A DNA stretch of 64,000 bases, taken from contig MCFE01000339.1 of the NCBI GenBank assembly GCA_002104905.1, forward strand, positions 28,073 through 92,072, in the 5' to 3' direction. Both the position numbers and the translations under genes were made by a program. Source of the stretch: Basidiobolus meristosporus CBS 931.73. Its lineage: Eukaryota > Fungi > Basidiobolomycota. The first letter of the stretch is position 1. Each line of letters opens with the position of its first letter. Positions 12,801-23,300 of this stretch are shown in pieces. Below the pieces are notes generated by a model. That model was given only the letters and a program-made list of their open reading frames with translations, did not search any database and had not been told where the DNA came from.

Positions 12801-12870
12801 AAGCTGCTGGTTCTTGCCAAATTTGTAGAACCAGAGCTTTACAGCAGAAGTACCTATTGAGTGTGGTGTT
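9846..12870 (+). pseudogene. Unknown ~700-aa ORF of the CACTA-like element, split by a solo LTR and carrying several stops
   Basis: Long mostly-open frames at 9976-10800, 10909-11011 and 12084-12870. Homologous coding-like sequence at 13290-14980 (minus) and at 18257-18566 plus 27647-28687 (plus). Confidence 0.6.
11012..12079. repeat. Solo LTR, 1068 bp (family LTR-B)
   Basis: Colinear with 8779-9845, perfect TSD CCAC, empty-site homolog at about 13760-13780. Confidence 0.88.
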
Positions 12871-13285
12871 TGGCTTAATGTTAGTGTAGGGTAAAGGGAC
12901 TTGTATAGATCAATACAGTTAGCAACCAAGGTACAACTGAAGTTTCAACAGAAATAAACCAATTTGTATCCATGAAGAGTAAAAGTAACAGTTGAGTCAG
13001 GAAATAAGGTGTGTTTAGAAGAGGCAATAGCCAATCAATGCACACAAATGAAGGAAGCAATAGAGTGTCTGGGACCATAAAGTGAGCATATTGGCAGGGA
13101 ACTAATTAAAAGCCACTTATACATTGTTGTGATGAAAAATTTTGACTAAGTTTTTTGTGAAATCTGGGGTGCAATTATTTTTCAACAGTCTCTGGAAGGT
13201 GTCCTGACAGGATTAGAACCTCTTAGTCATTGGACTTTAACTTTGTGACAGCCTTTTGACAGGATCATCTCGATAACTTTTCATG
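12860..13285 (-). pseudogene. Highly decayed chromovirus integrase C-terminus/chromodomain remnant
   Basis: Homologous to about 33420-33845. Minus-strand VANCIDLYKSLYP resembles the chromodomain tail. Confidence 0.5.
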
Positions 13286-16200
13286 GGGTGTCTGTCAGTG
13301 GGATCTCCACTCCGTCAATAATAGAGGTTGTGGAGGATGTGGTAGACAAATTGCATTTTTTAGCAAACTCATCTACCTTGCAGGAGTTTAGCTCAACTGG
13401 ATGAGCTTCTAAATCTGGTGAAAACAGCTGTTTTCTTGTTGGTAATTCTTCTTATTTATAACGGGATTTAGTCTGTTTTGGGCTTGCAGTGTTGATTGCA
13501 AGAACTGCAATTTTTTTTGCATGTTTTGCTGTCTCAGGCTTGGGTAGACATTTTTTCCCTTTACCTTTTCCATTATCACTGCCAGGTTTTTGACTGCTAC
13601 TTCATCTGAAGGCTTCTTGTAATGAACTACATTTTCTTCCTGATAAATTCTGTTCTGACACATCTGTTTTAGCCTGCTTGTCCCTTGCTGGCACTCTTCT
13701 GGCAACCTGATGTTTCTTTTCTGCTTGCTTTGAGCTCTCAACTGTAGTGGTGACAGGCTCCTGTCAAAGCCACTGGTTCTTATCACTGCTACTTTGAATA
13801 AGTGTTTCTTGAGTGCTACTACTCTTTTTCTTGATTAATGTTGTACTGGTGCAACTGTGTCTGCCTGCTTGTCCCTTATCAACACTCTTTGAGCTACCTG
13901 ATGCCTCTTTGACACTTGTTGGGAGCTTTTGGCCCAGCTTATAACAGGCTTTTGAGGAAGCTGCTAGTTTTTAGCCATGGCACCCTTGTTCTTCTGCCTT
14001 TGATGGTTTCTACTATTCTTAAGATACTTTCTTAGCATACCATTGCTGGCCCAAATCTGTTTGCCCATTTGAATCCAGGATAATGTTTGTGGAACAAGTC
14101 AAGTGCATTATGCTTGGCCTTGATTTCCTGATAGTCACATGGTATGCCAGCCTAAAGGTCATGGCATGGCAGACTTCTGACAGCCTCTTGAATATTAGCC
14201 CACTTTTTGTTATTTCACTTGATGGCTTCACAGATCTTCAGTATCTTTTGATTTTTGGGCTTTGGTATAAACACCACATAGTCCCCCCCACCTGCTGGGA
14301 TAAATACTTCTGTGGGCTTTTTGTTGGGCACTGTTGTTGTGCTTCAAAGACTCTAAGGTGTTCCTCTGCTGTTATATTGGGAAATCTCTTAATTCTTGGC
14401 TGTGACATTAGGTTACTTGAGTTCCTTCTTCACAGCAAAGATACTGCTTTCTCTAACAGAGATATTGATTGCTCTACACATGTTATCCACCTATCCTGTT
14501 TCTGGACTATTTCATGATTTCTCTGGGCCATTGCATCTATCCTATCAGCCACTGCACTTGCTTCATTAATGCTTCAGTATGAGCTGACAACATACTTGCT
14601 AATATGGGTGGTGGTGATGTTATGGCAGCCACTTGCTACTCTTCAACTGAGGATACTGTATTTGCTACATTCTCATCTGCCTGAGCATAATGGTCAGCTT
14701 GAAGCTCTGCAGAGGTTCTCAAATGCCTACTTGACTGAGAGTCTGAGGGGTCTGCATTACTACCTTCAGTAGGCACACTGTCAACATGGTTTTTTTTGGA
14801 TACAGTCCTGCTTGTTGCACTGAGTGTCCAAGTAAGCAGTTGTCAAACCATTCTTCTGCTGCTATCAGCAGTGGAGTTTGGATGGTAAGCAGATAACTTT
14901 ACTTTATTTTTTGGTGGCATAAAAATCAAAGTGAGTTAAGCCACAGGACAAAGAGTGTTACATATACGTATGTCTGTTGTGCCACAGCTTTGTTATAATG
15001 CTTACTTTGATGGGTGATAATTGAATCTTACATCCAGGTATATGCAATGTCTCAAATCTAAGACTGTGTTGAATTCACATGAGTATTGACCAAAAAGTGA
15101 TATAATAGCATGACATTGTTGAAAGTACACTGCTTGCCCCATGGGCAAGACTACTTTGATTCAACACTGTAAGAGATGAGAAAAAGACCATGTTGCTATT
15201 GTTGTAAGCCTCTCAGCCATGAAGCACACAGATAGCATAAGAAGTATTACAAGGATCATGGCTAGTGTCTTGCTACACAAGTCATATTTGACAATTCATC
15301 ATTCACTACTGTAGTGATATTATCTTGCCAGCCATTTGATACTTCTATATTGGCACCTGGCCATCTTTGTCACCTTGCGCAAACTGAGTCAGGTGAGTTT
15401 GTGACACCTTTAGGCTCAACTCAGGCTTCCAAATATGACATGCAGAGTGATAGCTCTGACAAAGAAGGCTCACCAATGGATTGTGAGCCTATCTCCGCTA
15501 AGAACAGTACCATACATGAGCCCAGTCAAGTCCCAAAATGCAATGAGATAACACTTGTTGAAACAATTGCCAAGGATACTTTATGGAGCTAAGTGAGCCC
15601 AATAATCCATCTATTGGTGAATGATGAAGTGCTATGGCTAGAGAAGTGGTATGCTTCTACTAATATCAGTAATAGGGGCTTTGAGGATATATTACTACTT
15701 CTTGCCAAAATCATTCCAGGATACACTTTATCATGTGCATGGTACCAGTCAACAACCATCATGCAGCTAGCAACATATGACCCAGAGACTGTCCTGATTC
15801 CAGCATGTGTTAACAGTTGCAGGGCATTTACATCCAGAATTGCTACCATTGCGATGTGTCCCAACTGTCAGGAATCCACCACCATTGAGGGAAAACATTT
15901 TTGACCCTCTAGATATATTCTGGCTATACCCTGTCTAAATAATCTCATGCAGTCCAACAAGTATTGCAAAGCTCTACAGTTCTGCACTCAGCATCAATCC
16001 AGCACAGAAATATCCAATATATTTGATGGCAAACATTGCAAACACCTAAGAAGCAAGGGCTACTCTGAAGGTATGTGTGGCCATGACTTTGCCTTGGTAC
16101 TTGATGGGTTCTTATTAAATAAGCGCACTAGCAGCAAATCCTGCTGGCCACTAACTCTCATTAACCTGAATATGCCACCTATCTTATGGTATCAGAGCAA

Positions 16201-18250
16201 TAATCTGATGGGAGTCTCACTGGTATCTAGGCCTAAATCACTGTCCTACATGGATAGGTAACTGAATCCATTGCTGGATTAATCTTAGATGCTTTCCAAC
16301 AGGATAACAATAAATGGCTGTCATGCAAAAGCGCATATTATTATCTGTATTGGAAATACCCCAGCCATCAGCAAGATAGCAAGTTTTTCCAGGCACAATA
16401 GATGGTATTGCTGTTCAATGTATGAGATCCAGGGGATTTACTCCATAACTCACACACATTATTATTATCCTCATATCAACACTAAGAGCTTCATATTCCA
16501 ACAGAGAGAACATACAGAGGTCAGCATACAATTGCATCAAAGTTGGCAAGCTATAAGCCATTGGCTAGAATATGGAATCAATTAGGAACTGGAGATACTT
16601 AAGATAGAGGGTAACTGTTGGAGCAAAAGCTTACCACTGAGAGCAATGCATTTGCTTCTCAACAGTATCCCTATACTGATGACCAAGTTGTATATGAGGT
16701 GTTTCAAGCTAAATGAACCCTTTGAGATACCAGAGAAATTTGAAAGAATTGGCAAGATATTACAGAGTGTTCATAAGCATACACAGCAATACAAATGCAA
16801 AGACAGGATGAACTGGATTTGTATTTATTCAGGAAGCATCCTGAAGCCATTCCTACCAAGAGTACATTAGAAGCATTGCAAGTTGTATGCAGATATTTTA
16901 GGAATACTTATCCAGAAGTGGATCACCAATGCCAACTTGAAAAATATCCAGCTGTTGTGCAGCAAGTTTGTAACGGGATTTGAGCGGCTATTATACAAAC
17001 ATGAAGCTGAACATGTAGATCTCTGGCACTACTATAACCATCCTCTACTCCATCTTGCTTGGTGTGTGCAGAATACTGGGCCTTGTCTCACCTTTTGGTA
17101 GTTTACTATGGAGTGAATGTGTGGGGAGATAGGAAGCTATGTCATGATACAGATACTACTATATCCCAATCTCATATTATCTTCAAGTCTGCTATGGATG
17201 TGATGAGTTGGCACATTGAGGACAGCAAGGATGGGTTGAAAAATACTCAGGACAGATGGGCACATGAAGACACCTATGCCAATGGCATTAAGTTGCTAAG
17301 CAGCCCCAATGCATGGGTAATCAGTTAAACAATGTAAAGTTGGGTTAGATGTAACAAACAACTAGTTTGTATTAGGAAAGCTCTACCAAGGTATGCCAGA
17401 TTTCTCTTGGTCACAAGCCTACTTCTGCACTATCAAGTGTGAAATTCACACAAACAAGAGTCATAGCATACCAATAAGGGATACTATTATCCAGCAGGGA
17501 GAAGGAATATATTGGCTGAATACCAAAGAGTTCTTTGAGGATATTCAGGAGGTATTCATGGCAGTAGTGTTGGCAACCCTGCATATGTTTGCAAGATGTA
17601 TATGCTACCAGTAGTACAAGAGATATTGCCACTTTGCAAGTATCACACTAAAAAGCCAAAAATTTGTGGTGATACAAGTATGTCAATAGCAGCAGATATG
17701 CACATTTGTAGATGTTAGTGAGCAGGAGGCCATTGGTTTTTTGATTCAAGCAATATGTGGAATACCCAAGCTAGTAGTTGGTCAGCAAGTACAGAGGGGA
17801 GATTCTACAGTGGAAAACATAAATTGCACAAGGGGAGGTAGAAAGAAAATACCACCAGGTAAGCTGCTACAGTTGCATTCTACAGAGATAGCTATAGGCT
17901 GCCATACTATTGTGATAATGCCATCAGACACTTGCTGTGAGGCCATCAATATACCATCAAGTTTTTTCTGACATAAGGCAATTTGATGTACTGGCCAGTT
18001 AGATCCATTTAAAATAGTTGTAGAGTGCATTAAGAGAGCAACAATGCCATGCAATTATAGTTACATCACTGATGAAACCCCATTAAGTATTATAACTTTA
18101 TTAGGCAGTAAAATAGCAATATACCATTACAATCCCATCATAAAATTGTCAAGAGGATTGCCAGTTTCAAGCTGCTGGTATTATGACGGTCTCCAAATGG
18201 GATCCTGAGGTCTGATCTGGATTGGATCCACCAGTGGGACCAAATTATTT
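13286..18250. mobile_element. CACTA/EnSpm-like remnant, copy 2, inverted relative to copy 1
   Basis: Unknown ORF on minus (13290-14980) and transposase on plus (15314-18060); the same gene pair as copy 1. Confidence 0.75.
15314..18060 (+). pseudogene. CACTA-type transposase remnant (Tnp2 core plus downstream helical domain)
   Basis: IFDGKHCK..ALVLDG..KSCWPLTLINLNMPP; IGNTPAISKIA..C..C; FVTGFERLLY..HPLLHLAWCVQNTGP..FW.F..E. Confidence 0.82.
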
Positions 18251-20352
18251 TTCATAGGGCTTGCTTTGACATTCAGTGCAACAAGCAGGGCTAAATCCAA
18301 CTAAGTCCATGTATACAGTGTGCCTACTGAGAGTAATAATGCAGACACCTCAGGTTCTTAGTCAAGTAAACAATTGAGAGTTTCTGCAAAGCTTCAAGCT
18401 GACCATAATGCTCAGGCAGATGAAAATGTAGCAAACGCAATACCTTTGGCTCAAGACCAGTAAGTGGTTGACACAACATTGCCACCACCCAAATTGGAAA
18501 GTTCAGGATGAATGGAATGCCTGGGAGAAATCAGGAAATATCCTAGAAACAGGATGAGAGGATAATAGACTTGTTCCATTGTGCCATGCCAGGGCATGTG
18601 GTGCAATCCATGGACTCTAAGAACAATCAGGTGCAATATTGTAGCTACTAGTAGGCAGGATTACTCTTGAGCAATTTTGCACCTTGTGGGATGATCTTGC
18701 ACACTTTTACACAATCTGAAACAATGATGTTGGCACAAATGATTGCACCCTCTTGTAATGTTTGATCATGTGTGCAACTGGATACTGCCATTATGGTAGG
18801 TAAAATCTGGTATTGGATATGTTTCTTTAATGTAAATGGAAATAAATGCAAATTACACTAAAAACTACACTGATACTTACCATTTTTGTTACCATCACTT
18901 CAATCAGAAGGTATCTCAGTGGTTAATTGGTCCAAAAGTATCCTGAAGCTGTCAGCCCCCAATTGGCTCTTTGATCAATACACAAGCTACCTGATTTGCC
19001 ATCAAATATCCCATTTTGCCCATTAAGCAAGTAAATCCCAGATCCTAGTGATTGGACAAGGTGTACAGCTAGCATGTGATCAATTGTATGGGTGCAAATC
19101 AGATCAAATAGCTGCACTGGTGCCACAGAAGATGTATACATATGCAGGGTGTTTATTTATAGGGGTCCTGTCTCAAATGTGAGACAACCTTGATATTGCA
19201 GATATCAAAAATTTAGTGATCACTGATTTGCAATATCTTGATGTGGATTGCAAAAAAAAAGCGTTGTTTGGATCATTACAAGTAATAGCTATTCAATGCA
19301 ATTGCATCATCTTCTCCTAGGCTTTTTTCTCACAGGTATTACTACTGAAGCACTTGGTAGTGATTCACTTTGCACACCTAAACTATTTTCTTGTTGACTA
19401 TCCTCTTGGCTACTTGTGTATTTGTAGTCAGCATTTTGCCTCCCAGTTGATGAGTGCAATGCTGCAGCTTGGCAACGCTGAATTGCTCCAGATGATGCAG
19501 CTGAGCCCACCTGCAGTGCTATGCGCTAACATGTTCTTTTACTTGCCAAAGGCTCTGGTGGTGGAGGCACTTCATGTGGGTTATCATCAGTCAGTTTGCC
19601 GAAAGAAACTTGCTGATGGTCCAGTGTAATGGCATGCACAGATGCAACTTGATGCGCTGGCATGGCCCTTGGCTGAGTTTGATGTGATGCCACTTGTTGA
19701 TGTGACTTGGCCTGCTCCAATGGACTTGTGCCTTTTTGAGCAGTTTGGCAGGTTCTGGTGGTTTTGCTCTGAAGCATGTGCATTGACACAATACATGTGG
19801 AGTCAATGCAGGGCGCTCTTGTGAAGGGTATTGGCATAGTTTGGACTGACATATACCAGCGTGCCGAAGTTGCAAGGGATAGTAAGGAATCCAGCAAGGT
19901 GTGCTGGTGCAATCTAGACAATGTTGTTTTGTGATCTGCCGCTTGAATGTTTAAGTTAGATCAGTTTTTAGTCAAATCAATTAGTATGTGTTTAGGTAAT
20001 CAATATATCAGTATTGTCTATGAAATCATTAGCATTAGTCAGCAAATGAATCAGCAGATCCTTATCAGACAGAAATAGATATATTAAGTAGGATCTTATT
20101 GGGTGATGATGATGCAATTAAATGAGTCATCCACCACAACCTACATTAGGAAATACAATTAGTCAGCAATTGATTTGGCAAAATGTATATAAGGAGCTGC
20201 TGGAACTTCAATAAAAATCAGCTCAAGTTTTAGTAAATAAAATACTAGCTAAACTCCCTATCCCTCTACAACTCTTATACCAAGACTTGTAACATTGGTA
20301 GCAGCAATAACCAGAAACCTCCCTCCTGAACAAAGAAGAAACCACCCTCAAG

Positions 20353-23300
20353 ATGTTAGACAATCAAGAATGGAAGAATGCCATGCAGCAAATTCTGGCT
20401 CAACAGCAACAGTTACTCCAGATCCTCAGCCAACAGCAAAATGGAATGACTACCATGGCTCAGAGCCAGCAAAGTCCTGTTAAGAGCAACTTTAGTGTGA
20501 AGGTCAACCGGTACCATGGCAGAGTCAATAAAAACCTGGCAACTTGGCTCTTTCAAATTGAAGAAGCTTTTAAAGCTAAAGGAATTGCTCCAGAAAGCAA
20601 GTTACATTATGCAGCTTCTTACCTGGCAGATGCAGCATTACAGTGGTACCACAGCAAGATCAGGTCAGCCACTATGATGGGATGCTCTACAATCTCTACC
20701 TGGGATGAGTTTGTGTTGGAAATTCAGGATGCTTTTGAACCTCCACACCAGCAGACACTATCAAGAAGGAAGTTGAAGACACTCAGACAGAAAGGAATGG
20801 TTCAAGAAAACATCTATGAGTACAGATGTCTACTTGGACAAGTTAAAGAAATGGACCCCCAGGATCAAGTTGAATACTTTATTGATGGGTTGAAAGAAAG
20901 AACTCGCAAGGAAGTGAATTATTGAAGACCTCAGACTATTAAAGAAGCCATCAAGATTGCCATTGACTATGACTCAGCTATATTTGGAGTTGGGAAGCCT
21001 ACAGCGACTAGTCAGAAAGGCTACAATCATTATGAAAGAAGACAGTCAGAAGCAGTACTAATGGAAACAGCCACTATGCAGAAGAATCCTATCTCAGAAG
21101 AATGTAAGAAGAAAGGACTTTGCTTCAATTGCCACCAGCAAGGACATATTGCAAAGTACTGCCCTCAGAGAAGAAATGGACACCAGCCATCAAGAACCTT
21201 TAACCGCATTGAGGCCATGGAGCATAGTAACATGGGGGATGTACTTGAAGAAGACTCAGAACTCATCTTCCACATGACAGAAGAATACCTATCCCAGATG
21301 ACCTCAAACTCAGGAAAGCTATTATACTTGAATGGAGTAATCAATGGAGTACCTGCCAAGATCAGGATTGACTCAGGATCATTGCATGAGTACATGTCAG
21401 AGCAATTTGCTCTGAAAGCTCGAATCAACTCAGAACCTACCCAATCAACTTCAGTCTCAACAGCTGATGGGAACTCTCACATAATCAATTGTATTACTCA
21501 GCCAGTAAGAATGAAGATCAATGACTATGAAGAAGACCTACAGGGTTATATATTTGGGAACTGCAAGTTTGACCTTGTAATTGGAAAAACTTGGCTATTT
21601 TGTTGTAATCCATCAATCAACTGGAGAAATCATGCTACTCAGATCCAAAAAGACAACAAGACCTATGAGCTATTACCTGCCTGGCTGGATTTCAACTTGG
21701 TCAATTCCAGTATGTGTGAGATAGGTGAACTTAGCAAGACCCAGTTCTGTAGAGCGCTTAGAAAAGGTACCCAGATGTTCCTCATGGCAGTATTACAGGA
21801 GGATTCCGTTACCCCAGCACCCCAGCAGGTCCAGACTCTCTTGAAGAAATATTCAGACATGTTTCCAGAGGAGCTTGTAAGCTTACCACCAGTCAGAGAT
21901 GTGGATCATGCCATTGACACAGGAGATAGCCCTCCAGTGAGCAAGACACCTTACAGAATGAGTCCATTGGAATTGGAGGAAATGAAGAGACAAATTGATC
22001 AGCTATTGGAGCAAGGATACATCAGACCCAGCAGGTCACCTTGGGGAGCACCAGTGCTTTGTGTGAAAAAGAAGGATGGAACACTTGGGATGTGCATTGA
22101 CTACAGAGCCCTGAACTCAGTTACCGTCAAGAATAAGTACCCCATAACTTGGATTGATGAGCTCCTGGACCAACTTAATGGAGCCACTATTTTCAGCAAG
22201 ATTGACCTCATGTCAGGATACAACCAGATTAGGGTGAAGCCAGAAGACATCCCTAAGACAGCATTCAGGACCAGATATGGACATTACAAGTACTTAGTCA
22301 TGAGTTTTGGCCTCACCAATGCCCCTGCAACTTTCATGACCCTGATGCAGACTGTCTTCCAGGAGTACTTAGACAAGTTTGTCATAATCTACCTAGATGA
22401 TATACTGATATACTCCAAGACAGAAGAGGATCACTTGGCGCACAGTGAAAAGGTCTTGATGAAGCTAAGAGAGAACAAGCTTTATGGCAAGCTACCCCAG
22501 TGTGAATTCTTCAAGGAACACATTGAATATCTGGGACACATAGTAACTAGCCCAGGAGTAACCTTAGACCCCAAGAAGGTGGAAGTGATCAAGAATCTGA
22601 AGCAGCCCCATAGCATATCAGAGCTCAGATCATTCCTTGGAATGGTTTCCTATTATTAGAGATTTGTCAAGTTGTTTTCAAGTATTGCAGCCCCTTTAAC
22701 TGATATCCTCACAAAAGACAATACCTACAAGTGGGACATAGTTTGTGAGACTGCCTTCCAGACGCTCATGAATGAGCTTGCTAAGCTGCCAAGCTTAAGA
22801 ATATCAGACTTTAGAAAAGAGTTCACTCTCTGCACAGATGCTTCAGATTATGCAATTGGTGGAGTGCTGAGTAAAGAACACAAGGAAGAGGACTACCATG
22901 TTGCCTTTGAATCCAAGAAACTGAACTCAGCAGAACAAAACTATCCAGTCCATGAGAAGGAGATGCTTGCCACAATACACTGTTTGAGGACATGGAGATG
23001 CTATATTGAAGGAGTCAAATGCCCTGTGAAGACTGATCATGCCTCCCTCAAGTATATACTTACTCAGAAGGTACTCTCTAGAAGAATGACAAGATGGAGT
23101 GAATACATTCAGCAATTTGACCTGGAGATTGTCTACTGCCCTGGAAAAAACAACACGGTTGCTGATGCCTTATCAAGATTAGATCAAGTTGCACAACTCA
23201 ACTTGGTGCATGAATCAGATTGGCCTAGCCTATTACCAAAGTACTGGAGGACCAATTCATTCCTAATGAGGTCGATGAAGATGTCAAGAAGATAATCCGT

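Larger units (their letters stand above)
1460..13285. mobile_element. CACTA/EnSpm-like DNA transposon remnant, copy 1 (transposase on minus, unknown ORF on plus; carries five nested insertions; termini not found)
   Basis: Segments 1460-1736 and 5770-8000 are the reverse complement of 15314-18060, and 8520-12590 mirrors 13290-15200. Sequence is continuous across the Copia-A and both solo-LTR insertions. Confidence 0.7.

Noticed and set aside
18200-18256. Possible terminus of the CACTA-like element (..CCAGTGGG..)
   Set aside because: No matching opposite end or TSD was found in the window.
18923-19141. Small ORF in the DDE_Tnp_4 element that might be a protease or zinc-finger piece
   Set aside because: Motif resemblance is too weak to call without a profile search.
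20923-20925. Shared TGA after Gypsy-A gag as a possible programmed read-through
   Set aside because: A third copy has CAA at this position, so an ancestral CGA with CpG decay explains all three.
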